From NCBI GenBank assembly GCA_019058445.1, contig JAHPZA010000006.1:896001-960000 (forward strand): a DNA stretch of 64,000 nucleotides. The letters run 5' to 3'. Under the pieces are notes generated by a model. The model was not told the origin of the DNA, ran no database searches, and saw only the letters and a program-made list of their open reading frames with translations. Shown here in pieces: positions 28,900 through 38,336 of this stretch (within the stretch, counting starts at the first letter, position 1; each line of letters opens with the position of its first letter). The stretch comes from Promethearchaeota archaeon (GTDB lineage: Archaea > Asgardarchaeota > Lokiarchaeia > Sigyniarchaeales > SOKP01). A program made the position numbers and the translations under genes.

Positions 28900-31023
28900 G
28901 TGAGTAGTAAAAAAAAACATGAAAAAATAGTTCTTTTTTGTCCTGAGTGTGGCATTTCGATCTCACACAGAAGGATATTAAATGAAGGAGAAGTTCGCTT
29001 AAGGTATGTTTTTTGTCCAGAATGTGGAAAAAAAATTGATTTCACAAATTATATGACAGAAACAAGTAGTAATGTTAAATCATCTGATAAGAATGATTTT
29101 GAAGATAAGTTGGATAAAGCTTTAGATATTATAATTAATGATAGAAACTTTTCTAAGGGTTTTAAAAATATACTTCATCGTTTTATTGCTCGATTGAGCT
29201 ATATAAAATTGAAAGAGGTTGAAAAAGAGAAAAAAACACCAATTTCACAGATGCTTCTTACAAGGGAATTAATTAATTTGATAGAAGATAAATTATCTCC
29301 AATAATAAACAAAAAACCGATTTTGAGCGTTTTAAAATATCTAGATCAGTCAGATTACCCTGACTTTTTCTTAGATCTTAAAAGGTATCAGATAAAGCTT
29401 CGAAAAAGTAAGAAATATCGAAAAGCTTATTCTATATACGTACGATGGTTAATAGGGATAGTTTATAGAATTATAAATCAAATTAATATTGAGAAGGGAT
29501 TATATGAATATCAAAAAACCATTCGAGACGATTTAGTTAAATATTTTAAATTAGAAAAAAATTATGAAGAAAAATCGAATGATAAAGAAATGACGAATGA
29601 TCTAGCAAAAATAAAGAAGAAAATTATAGAAATAGACTGGGAAAATGTTAGCGATGATAGGATTATAGACAAGTCAATAAACGGGGTTTTAATAAAGACT
29701 ATTATATTAGATCCATTTAAAGATTGCGATATAGAATCAAATCCCCTTTATATGCATAAAGAATGGCTGGAAAAGCTATATAACGGATTAAATCTTAGTG
29801 ATGGTAAGATTGCTAAGTTATGTGGTTGTAAGAGTCGTAGGTCAATTTGGGATTGGAGAAAACGGCATGGAATTGACACAAAAGAGGAGTTGGAATATTA
29901 TTTAGATAAGCAAGGATATAAAAGTATATTAATGCCTCCCGATTATCGTCACCCTCAAATGGCAATTATTCCTTCGCGCAGACAGACAATAGGAGAACAT
30001 CGGGTTGTTATGGAAAGATTCATGATGCAAAACCCCGATTTAGAAATATCTAAGAAATACTTGATAGATGGAAAATATTTAACCGTAGGAACAATAGTCC
30101 ACCATATTAATCATGTCAAATCAGATAACCGAATTGAAAACTTGTGGTTATATCCAAATAAAAAAGAACATCATACTCAGGCGAAATCGAGTTTAAATGA
30201 ATGTTTAAGTGCATTAATCAAGATAAAACAGATTATTTTTAGTAATGGAGAATATAAGTTTGATAGTAGTTTCGACTATAGAAATACATATAATAAAAGA
30301 AAAATTCGAGAAATCATTAAACCTGTAGAATTTAAAGTTCTATTTGAAAATATTGCCGAAATCAAAGAAGAAATTAAAGAATGGGATTGGGAAAAGATTT
30401 CTGATAATTGGACAGTTTCTATTAACAAATATCGTACTAGTAGAGGTTCAGGAGAAGAAACAATTTTATTAGATCCATATTCAGATTGCTCAGATTCAAA
30501 TCCCCTTCACATGCATAAAGAATGGCTGGAAACGATTGTGAATGATATTAGATTTAATTTAACAGATTCTCGTCTAGGTGAGTTATGTGGTATATCTCGC
30601 GGAATGGCTCTTTACTGGAGAGAGAAAATTCATAAAATCAAAAGAGCTAAAATTGGTTTTATTAGATTTCTGGATGAAACTGGCTACATTAGAATAAAAG
30701 TTCCAGATAGTTATAAGAATCCATTCGTTCGAGAATTAAATATACCATTTAAGATAATGAGAGAACATCGATATATTGCTGAAAGATCTCTTGCAAAAAG
30801 CTCTGATTTGGAATTGAAGATTAAATTTTTATACGAAAAAAAATACCTCTACTCTCATGTTCATGTTCACCATATTAATCTTGATAAAATTGATAACAGA
30901 ACTGAGAATTTATATATAAATGATGAACATAAAAAGATACATAGCCAGTTGTATTCATTATTAGAACAATTGATGAAGAATGACTTTATTGGATTTAAAA
31001 AAGGAAGGTATTTCTTATTATAA
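28900..31023 (+). CDS. Zinc-ribbon protein with two tandem HTH plus HNH endonuclease modules
   Basis: CPECG twice at the N-terminus; EHR...VHHINHVKSDNRIENL and EHR...VHHINLDKIDNRTENL. Confidence 0.8.
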   Translation: MSSKKKHEKIVLFCPECGISISHRRILNEGEVRLRYVFCPECGKKIDFTNYMTETSSNVKSSDKNDFEDKLDKALDIIINDRNFSKGFKNILHRFIARLSYIKLKEVEKEKKTPISQMLLTRELINLIEDKLSPIINKKPILSVLKYLDQSDYPDFFLDLKRYQIKLRKSKKYRKAYSIYVRWLIGIVYRIINQINIEKGLYEYQKTIRDDLVKYFKLEKNYEEKSNDKEMTNDLAKIKKKIIEIDWENVSDDRIIDKSINGVLIKTIILDPFKDCDIESNPLYMHKEWLEKLYNGLNLSDGKIAKLCGCKSRRSIWDWRKRHGIDTKEELEYYLDKQGYKSILMPPDYRHPQMAIIPSRRQTIGEHRVVMERFMMQNPDLEISKKYLIDGKYLTVGTIVHHINHVKSDNRIENLWLYPNKKEHHTQAKSSLNECLSALIKIKQIIFSNGEYKFDSSFDYRNTYNKRKIREIIKPVEFKVLFENIAEIKEEIKEWDWEKISDNWTVSINKYRTSRGSGEETILLDPYSDCSDSNPLHMHKEWLETIVNDIRFNLTDSRLGELCGISRGMALYWREKIHKIKRAKIGFIRFLDETGYIRIKVPDSYKNPFVRELNIPFKIMREHRYIAERSLAKSSDLELKIKFLYEKKYLYSHVHVHHINLDKIDNRTENLYINDEHKKIHSQLYSLLEQLMKNDFIGFKKGRYFLL
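29596..31020 (+). repeat. Internal tandem duplication of a ~220-aa module (~29596-30261 and ~30349-31020)
   Basis: Colinear protein motifs; DNA at 29737-29773 matches 30496-30532 at 35/37 nt. Confidence 0.8.
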
Positions 31024-31134
31024 CTTAGAATTTGTTATTTTATTTTTATTATTATTAATTCATGTTAAAACTTGTTGATAAACGTGCCAGCTAATTAATT
31101 AAATAATTATGTACAATCATCAAAATATAAGATA

Positions 31135-32292
31135 ATGATTGATGAAAAAAGAATAGAAGAGAATTTAAAGATTGTTTCTTTTCCGAGATTATCGGGAACC
31201 TATGGCGAGAGAGAGGTTTTTGAAAAAGTTGAAGAAAAGATAAAGGAATTAAACTTAAAACCAATAATCCAAGAATTCACATTTAGCACTTATTTTGGGA
31301 GAACATATGCTAAACTAGCTTTCTCCATGGGGTTTGCATTACTTCTTATTTTCTATTTAAATATAGAATCAATTTTCTTTTTCCTAGCTACTTTAATCAT
31401 ATTATTAGGGTTTTTATATCTATTCTACATAGCTAGACATCCTGAAGAAATAAAGTTTAGAAAACAACTTACCTCGCAAAATATTTTTGTGAAGATCTCT
31501 CCAAAAGATAAACAAGAAGAGGAAAGCGATAAAAATATCTTTTTTATGTCTCATTTGGATTCCAAATCTCAGAGATTTTCAATCTTAATGCGTATAAGAA
31601 CAATAAGAACATATGTATTTTCTGCTATTGTTGCGTTTTTCTTAATTATTTTAAAGAACTATGTTATAACTCAATTTTCATTATTTTTGTACATCATTGG
31701 AGCTATCCCATTACTAATAAATTTAATTGCTACTATTTTAATCAATTTGAATACAACTAATAACATCTCAAATGGAGCTATTGATGATGGCTCTGGAATC
31801 GCGGTTGTTTTGGAATTATTAAATTATTATTCGAATTCTGAACACCATATTAACGATTATAATCTATGGTTTTTATTTAGCGGTGCTGAGGAGTGTGGTA
31901 CTATGGGAATTAGACATTTCTATAATAATAAAATAAAAAATTTAAACAGGAATACCTCATTACCCATTAATTTTGATGCGATTGGAAGAACCATATACAT
32001 GTTTCCTAATAAAAGACTTGCTAAAACTAATGGAAAATTCTTAAGCTCGTTTATAAAGAATAGCAAAGAATTAAACGTTAAAGAAAACCCCAAGAAAATC
32101 TATTTCGGCAGCCATTCGGATGGTTATTTTTTAATGAAAAAAGATTTTGTTGGTATTGGATTTGGTGATATGGAATCTTATAAATACATCCACTCAGTAA
32201 ATGATACGATAGATAAAGTAGACCCCTATCTTCTAGCAGGACTTTGTAAAGCGATTACGATAAGTCTGAATGATCTTGTCTCTAACACTTAA
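31135..32292 (+). CDS. Membrane-embedded M28 family metallopeptidase (paralog)
   Basis: FPRLSGTYGE, HLDSK, GAIDDGSG, GAEE, NFD and HSVNDT motifs. Confidence 0.85.
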   Translation: MIDEKRIEENLKIVSFPRLSGTYGEREVFEKVEEKIKELNLKPIIQEFTFSTYFGRTYAKLAFSMGFALLLIFYLNIESIFFFLATLIILLGFLYLFYIARHPEEIKFRKQLTSQNIFVKISPKDKQEEESDKNIFFMSHLDSKSQRFSILMRIRTIRTYVFSAIVAFFLIILKNYVITQFSLFLYIIGAIPLLINLIATILINLNTTNNISNGAIDDGSGIAVVLELLNYYSNSEHHINDYNLWFLFSGAEECGTMGIRHFYNNKIKNLNRNTSLPINFDAIGRTIYMFPNKRLAKTNGKFLSSFIKNSKELNVKENPKKIYFGSHSDGYFLMKKDFVGIGFGDMESYKYIHSVNDTIDKVDPYLLAGLCKAITISLNDLVSNT

Positions 32293-32380
32293 TTTTATTG
32301 TCGAATAATTAAAAAATAATAAATAAATAATCAATGTAATTATAATCAGTGAGTAAGTTAAGGAACGATGATACATAATT

Positions 32381-33922
32381 TTGCCGAATAATAAGGAATT
32401 AGGTTTAATAATTACCCCTCCAAAAACAGTGGATTATATTATTTCAAGATTAGGACCAATAAGTGCACATGATAGAATCTTGGATCCTTGCGTAGGACCT
32501 GGTATCTTTGTGAAAAAATTACTCAATAAAGGAATTCAGAAAGAACAAATCTTCGCGTTTGATATTAATCCTGAATATAAGTCTGAAATGGAAAATTTAG
32601 GAATATCTTTTAAATCACAAGACACATTATTAGCGTTATATCCTGACTCGTATAATGAGTTTGATTTTATAATTGGAAATCCCCCTTATTTAAACAAAGC
32701 AAGTACATATGTTAGTGAAAATAAAGAAAAATTAAGAAAAATCTATGGTGAAATAAATGCTCATGAAACCTACGCTATGTTCATTGTTAATAGCATTTGG
32801 CGTCTAAAGCATGGTGGCAAAATGGGTTTCATCACTAGTGATTCCTTTTTAACATTAAACACTCATACTCGGTTAAGAAAATTTATTTTAAATCATTGTA
32901 AAATCGATGAGCTACTCTTAGTTCCGGAAAATCTTTTTGACAATCAAAATGTTAACACCAATCCTGTCATTATTATTTTAACTAAATGTTCTGGCAAAGA
33001 AAAGAGAAAAGAGAGACAAGAGAACATCATGAGAATTATTCCACGGATAAAAAATGAAGAAGATTATCAAAATATTAAAAATATTCATAAAATTACACAG
33101 GAAAAGTATGAATTACTCCCGTTTAACTTATTTTATGTAGACGTGGAAAAGGAGATAATCGACTTATTTGCACATGCCCCAAAATTAGAAAATTACATCA
33201 AAGGCTATATTGGGATGCATACTCACAATAACTTGAAATTCATTGCTGCAGTAGATGGTACTGATTTGGCTAAAATCTTTAGAAAACGAAATAAAAAACA
33301 AGGTGAGTCAAGAAAAAAACACAAAATCATCACTTTAAAAGAATTTGAATCTGGAAGATGGAAGCCATATTTGAAGAGAGGTGGTGCGGACCAATATTAT
33401 AGACCAATAATGGAAGCCTTAGATTGGAATAAAGACTCAATCCCTATCTATGATATCCCTAAAAATGTTCCTTTTGAAACAGAAGGTATTGTGATAAGTG
33501 GAGTTAGCTCAAATTTGGCTGCGAGATATATGCCAAAAGGATGCTACTGGGATTCTAATAAAGCAATAGGATTTATTATAAGGAATAATTCTATATCAAT
33601 TCATTATGCTCTGGGAGTAATCAACAGTTCTTTATATAATTATCTCGCTAAGGGGATAATTAATAATACTTCTAGCATTCAGATAAGCGGAATTCATGCC
33701 TTACCATTTATTTTACCTGATAATGATACAAAAGAAGAAGTAGAAAGGATCGTAAAAAATATCATAGATAATAAGAAGCAGAGTTTAAATTATGATTATA
33801 AAAATGATCAAAAAAAAATAGATAACATTGTTTATGACTTATACGCAAAGTTATTTAATTTTCCTCAAAATCTTAAAAAAAAATTACAAAAAGAATATTC
33901 AATTTATAAAGAAAAGAATTAA
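32381..33922 (+). CDS. N6-adenine DNA methyltransferase, gamma class (TaqI/Eco57I-like)
   Basis: TPP, ILDPCVGPGIF (motif I) preceding GNPPY (motif IV); TaqI_C-like C-terminal region (GVINSSLYNY). Confidence 0.88.
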   Translation: MPNNKELGLIITPPKTVDYIISRLGPISAHDRILDPCVGPGIFVKKLLNKGIQKEQIFAFDINPEYKSEMENLGISFKSQDTLLALYPDSYNEFDFIIGNPPYLNKASTYVSENKEKLRKIYGEINAHETYAMFIVNSIWRLKHGGKMGFITSDSFLTLNTHTRLRKFILNHCKIDELLLVPENLFDNQNVNTNPVIIILTKCSGKEKRKERQENIMRIIPRIKNEEDYQNIKNIHKITQEKYELLPFNLFYVDVEKEIIDLFAHAPKLENYIKGYIGMHTHNNLKFIAAVDGTDLAKIFRKRNKKQGESRKKHKIITLKEFESGRWKPYLKRGGADQYYRPIMEALDWNKDSIPIYDIPKNVPFETEGIVISGVSSNLAARYMPKGCYWDSNKAIGFIIRNNSISIHYALGVINSSLYNYLAKGIINNTSSIQISGIHALPFILPDNDTKEEVERIVKNIIDNKKQSLNYDYKNDQKKIDNIVYDLYAKLFNFPQNLKKKLQKEYSIYKEKN

Positions 33923-33928
33923 TAGCAT

Positions 33929-34156
33929 TTACTTATGTTGATGATTTAGTTTATTATTCGTTTTAGAGTCTAATTTTTTTAATTCTTGGGATTGTTTTGC
34001 CAGATTTCCAAATAAGTATCCCAATAAAATTCCGAAAAAAGAAGAGAAAATTAACAAAAAATAACTTCCAGAAATTAAAAGTAAATATAGACCAAGTATA
34101 AAACTTATGCTAAACATAAGTAAGAAAATTAATGTTTTTCTGTCCATATTTTTCAA
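33929..34156 (-). CDS. Small 2-TM membrane protein
   Basis: Two hydrophobic helices followed by a polar tail; fills the intergenic gap. Confidence 0.6.
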   Translation of the reverse strand: MKNMDRKTLIFLLMFSISFILGLYLLLISGSYFLLIFSSFFGILLGYLFGNLAKQSQELKKLDSKTNNKLNHQHK

Positions 34157-34311
34157 CTCTTTATTTAATAAAATGAAAAAGAGTCACCTATTTGAATATA
34201 TTAATAAACTCTAATAAGTATACCATTAAAAATAATAATAAAAAGAAAGTAAAAATGGTTTTAAGATTATAAATACAAATTCATATGGATTAAAAATTGA
34301 AAAAAACAAAT

Positions 34312-35433
34312 TTAATGGATTCTCTCTTCAACTAATTTCGCTCTCATTTCAGCTTGACTCTTGATAGGGATGACATTTCTAACTTTTTCAAGCGTGATTG
34401 CTTCAGAAGGACAATTAGAAGCGCAAATCCCACAACCTATACAGAGATCAAGTCTTATTTTCATAAAGTCATCAGAAAGGTCATCTTTATGGGGCCAATG
34501 ATGATATATTGCGTTCATAGGGCAAATGTTCATGCAAGTTTCACATAAAGTGCATAACTGTCGATTAATTATTGGATCAAAATTAGATTTCGTAATGGAT
34601 CCATAATTGTTGAGTTCTTTTACTGATTTTAAAAAACCACAACAACAAGAACAGCAATTACAGACAAAGATTGCTGTATCTTGCATATTAAATGTTTGAT
34701 GCACTAATCCCTCTTTTTCAGCCCTCTCCATAACTTCCATTAACTCATCTAATATAACTTGACGACCAATGCCTTGTTCAATTACCATTTGCGCTAAAGT
34801 GCCCGTTGTTACACAATAATTTTCTTTTGTTTGTTTGCAAGGTTCTCCAGCTAATTTAGCAGCATTTCGACAACTACATGGAACAACGGCATAAATTTTC
34901 GGATTCGCATCAGAGAGATATTTCCTTAGGATTTCATATGGCATAATTTGGTGCTGAGCAGCTAAATCTTGGTTTATATCAATTGATTTTTCGGTTGGTT
35001 CTACTGCGGGAATAACTCGATAGATGGTATAGTTGCTTGCGCTTAGTTCTAAGGGAAAACCTAATCTAAATAATTCAAGATGGGCTTCTGCCACTTTTTT
35101 CATCCTGTTAGGATCATCCGTGCAATTCGTAAAATAAACCTCAAAACCCCCCGGAAGATAGGGCAATAATACATATAAAGTTCCTAACTTAGTAAGTTTA
35201 CCTTTATCATACATATTATTAAGAATTTTTTTTAGCTTATCTCTTGGTACTCCTGAAGGTTTTGCTATATCTCTAATATTTACCGGTTTACCAGCCTTTT
35301 TAAAGGAGGATACCAAAATCTCTGCTTCCTCTTCCGTATACATATTTGAAATTAATTTATAAGTTATTTCATGTTTAGGGAGCCCACCTTTTAATAGCCT
35401 TCTTAATTTTTCATATAGCTCTAAATTTGTCAT
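34312..35433 (-). CDS. 4Fe-4S dicluster protein with N-terminal wHTH-like region
   Basis: CSCR, VCNCCSCCC, CTLCETCMNICP and CIGCGICASNCP motifs. Confidence 0.85.
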   Translation of the reverse strand: MTNLELYEKLRRLLKGGLPKHEITYKLISNMYTEEEAEILVSSFKKAGKPVNIRDIAKPSGVPRDKLKKILNNMYDKGKLTKLGTLYVLLPYLPGGFEVYFTNCTDDPNRMKKVAEAHLELFRLGFPLELSASNYTIYRVIPAVEPTEKSIDINQDLAAQHQIMPYEILRKYLSDANPKIYAVVPCSCRNAAKLAGEPCKQTKENYCVTTGTLAQMVIEQGIGRQVILDELMEVMERAEKEGLVHQTFNMQDTAIFVCNCCSCCCGFLKSVKELNNYGSITKSNFDPIINRQLCTLCETCMNICPMNAIYHHWPHKDDLSDDFMKIRLDLCIGCGICASNCPSEAITLEKVRNVIPIKSQAEMRAKLVEERIH

Positions 35434-35510
35434 AATTAGTTCTAGAAAACGTAATTTTTTTAAAATAATTTGTGATGCTAATTTAAATTATAAAAATTGA
35501 GGATTTTGCT

Positions 35511-36086
35511 TTATAGTTCATCTCTAATAGCTAATTTCTTTCCAAGTTCGTAACATTTATCTAATCTCTCTTGTTTCTTTAAAATTGCTCCCTTTTCACC
35601 GATACCCGGTACAATAATTTTCTCAATCAATGTCATTTCTAAATATTGAAAGCTTTTTTCAAACATATTTATTAAGGGTCTGGCAGTTCTAAGATCATCT
35701 TCCTCAAAGGGTACTACTAATAAAACTCTTTTACCCTTTATTTTCTCTCTATTTCCAGGACAGTTAAAATACACGAAGCGATCAAGAAAAGCTTTCATGA
35801 GTGCTGTAGGTCCATACCAATATACAGGAGTACCGAAGATAATTATTTCGCTTTCTATAATCTTAGGATAAAGTTTATTCATATCATCATGTTTGCTACA
35901 TTCATTACCTTTCCAACAACTATGGCATCCATCACATTCCTTTATATCCAAATCCTTTAATAGAATAATATCTCCGCTTGCGCCCGCTTTCTCAGCACCT
36001 TCAATTATTTTGGAGACAAGTACATGAGTGTTGCCATTTAGACGAGGACTTCCTACGATTCCAAGAATTTTCTTCATAAATTTCAT
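35511..36086 (-). CDS. Flavodoxin family / iron-sulfur flavoprotein
   Basis: GSPRLNGNT, CDGCHSC...C and GTPVYW motifs. Confidence 0.88.
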   Translation of the reverse strand: MKFMKKILGIVGSPRLNGNTHVLVSKIIEGAEKAGASGDIILLKDLDIKECDGCHSCWKGNECSKHDDMNKLYPKIIESEIIIFGTPVYWYGPTALMKAFLDRFVYFNCPGNREKIKGKRVLLVVPFEEDDLRTARPLINMFEKSFQYLEMTLIEKIIVPGIGEKGAILKKQERLDKCYELGKKLAIRDEL

Positions 36087-36184
36087 CCCAAAATAAATTT
36101 AATTTCCAAATTGATTAAAATTATTATAAAAAAAATACTTTCAAAGAATTACTAATTCAAAAACAAGATTTAAAAAAAATATTT

Positions 36185-37171
36185 TTATATTAGTTTCTTT
36201 ACATTATCTTGAATCGATTTCGCATTTGGAACTATCTGCTTTTCTAAAGATTGTGAATAGGGAATTGGAACATCCGGGGTATTAAGCCGTATAATATTCT
36301 TCTTTAAATATTGAAAGCCCTCTTCTGCGACAAATGCTGCGATTTCCGCGCTCACAGAGCAAGTTTTACAACCCTCATCAACGATAAGCAGTTTTCCCGT
36401 TTTTTCAATAGAATTTAGAATAGATTTTTTATCCATTGGAACTAATGTTCTTGGATCGATTACTTCACAATGAATATTTTCCTCTTTTAGTTTATTAGCA
36501 GCATTTATACTTTCTTGAACCATAGCTCCCGTAGCGACAATTGTTACATCATCTCCTTCTGTAAATTTTCTCGCTTGACCAAATGGTATTGTGAAATTTT
36601 TATCTAAAGGAACCTCCCCACTTCGGAAATAACATTGTTTATTCTCAAAGAAGATAACTGGATCGTCATCCCTTATGGCAGTTTTTAATAAACCCTTAAA
36701 ATCAGCCGGTTCTGAGGGTAACACGACTTTCAAACCAGGCACATGCATGAACCATGACTCAAATGATTGGGAATGCTGTGCCGCGCCCATTATGCCAGTT
36801 CCAAACGGCGTTCTAATCGTAAGAGGAACAGAAATTTGTGCGCCATACATATATCTTGCTTTTGCTGCTTGATTCACTATCATTTCCATACATACGGTTA
36901 AAAAATCTGCGAACATAATTTCAGCAATAGGACGCATCCCTGCTATGGCAGCTCCCACAGCACATCCTAAAATCGCATTTTCACTAATTGGGGTTTCACG
37001 AACTCTATCAGCTCCAAATTTTTCTAATAAGCCTTTAGTGACAAAGAAAGGTCCTCCATAAGCTCCAATATCTTCTCCTAAGATAAATACCGATTCATCG
37101 CGTTCCATTTCTTCTTCAATAGCTAATCTTATTGCATCTGCACCTGACATTGTTTTAGTTTCTCCAGACAA
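36185..37171 (-). CDS. 2-oxoacid/acetoin dehydrogenase E1 beta subunit (PdhB/AcoB-like)
   Basis: GEDIG, ETPISE, EIMFADF, AAQHSQ and IDPRTL motifs. GGAGGT lies 7 nt upstream of TTG 37171 (track start 37210). Confidence 0.9.
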   Translation of the reverse strand: MSGETKTMSGADAIRLAIEEEMERDESVFILGEDIGAYGGPFFVTKGLLEKFGADRVRETPISENAILGCAVGAAIAGMRPIAEIMFADFLTVCMEMIVNQAAKARYMYGAQISVPLTIRTPFGTGIMGAAQHSQSFESWFMHVPGLKVVLPSEPADFKGLLKTAIRDDDPVIFFENKQCYFRSGEVPLDKNFTIPFGQARKFTEGDDVTIVATGAMVQESINAANKLKEENIHCEVIDPRTLVPMDKKSILNSIEKTGKLLIVDEGCKTCSVSAEIAAFVAEEGFQYLKKNIIRLNTPDVPIPYSQSLEKQIVPNAKSIQDNVKKLI

Positions 37172-37172
37172 T

Positions 37173-38174
37173 TTAATTACCTCCATATTCGATGGGATTT
37201 TTATATACATTATCTAATGCAGTATTTGGGTCTGGTTTAGGGCTTTTTTTTGAAAATTTTACGCTTTCATCAATTAATATCAATGTTTTTTCCTCTATCT
37301 CTTGAATTATTTGTTGATCAACTAGCTCACCACGAATTAGCCTCGTTTTATATGCTTCAATCGGACATTTACGTTTCCATTCTTCTTTTTCTTCTGTAGA
37401 TCTGTATTTATCGGCATCCATCGTTGTTTGACCACCCCATCTATATGTCTTGCATTCAATCAATGTAGGACCACCTCCTTTTCGTGCAAATTCAACCGCC
37501 TCCTTTACAGTTTTATATACTTCGATAATATCATTTCCATTTATGGACAAGCCCTTCATACCATATCCTTGGGCTCGAAGGGAAAAATCTTTAATAGCAG
37601 TCACATTAGCAGAAGGAGTACTCCATCCATACAAGTTATTTTCTAACATAAAGATTATAGGAAGTTTCCATGCTGCAGCGAGATTCATTGATTCATGCAG
37701 CATTCCCTGATTTGCAGCCCCATCACCAAAGAAGGTTAGAATAACTCTACCCTCGTTTCTCAATTTTGAAGCTAAAGCTACCCCAAGTGCTAAGGGAGGA
37801 CCTGCTCCTACAATTCCGTTAGCACCTAGCATATGTTTGGAAAAATCAGCAACATGCATTGATCCGCCACGACCCTTACACATTCCATCCTTTTTTCCGT
37901 ATATTTCAGCCATTAATGAATTTAAATCCCCACCTTTAGCAAGAAAATGCCCATGTCCCCTATGTGTAGAAGTTATATAATCGTCCTCATTAATTGCAGC
38001 ACAAGCTCCGACAGCAATAGCTTCTTCGCCTATATAAGGGTGGACTAAAGGTGATTTAATTTTTCCAGCATCTTTTGTTATTCTTTCTTCAAAACTCCGA
38101 ATCAATAACATCTTCTTATATAAGTTAATTAATTCTTCAGGACTAAACTCTTTTGGAAACTCATCACTACTCAT
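37173..38174 (-). CDS. 2-oxoacid/acetoin dehydrogenase E1 alpha subunit (PdhA/AcoA-like)
   Basis: STHRGHGH, GRGGSMH and TPP motif GDGAANQG...ENN. ATG 38174 has a GAGGT upstream (track start 38222). Confidence 0.9.
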   Translation of the reverse strand: MSSDEFPKEFSPEELINLYKKMLLIRSFEERITKDAGKIKSPLVHPYIGEEAIAVGACAAINEDDYITSTHRGHGHFLAKGGDLNSLMAEIYGKKDGMCKGRGGSMHVADFSKHMLGANGIVGAGPPLALGVALASKLRNEGRVILTFFGDGAANQGMLHESMNLAAAWKLPIIFMLENNLYGWSTPSANVTAIKDFSLRAQGYGMKGLSINGNDIIEVYKTVKEAVEFARKGGGPTLIECKTYRWGGQTTMDADKYRSTEEKEEWKRKCPIEAYKTRLIRGELVDQQIIQEIEEKTLILIDESVKFSKKSPKPDPNTALDNVYKNPIEYGGN

Positions 38175-38336
38175 GATTAAAACCTCTATTTTATGATTGA
38201 AATTCTCAAATTCAATATTCAATATAATGAACTTGTTATTAAAATTATTTTCAATCGGAAATATTTAATTCTTTCTTTTCATTGATAAATTCAAATATTA
38301 TTTATTACCAACTACTATAAATATTTCGCTGAAAAG

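Noticed and set aside
28855-31036. TTAGAA(A)TTTGTT imperfect direct repeats flanking the HNH gene as a target-site duplication
   Set aside because: They are short, imperfect and very AT-rich, so likely chance or terminator sequence; there is no transposase or integrase.
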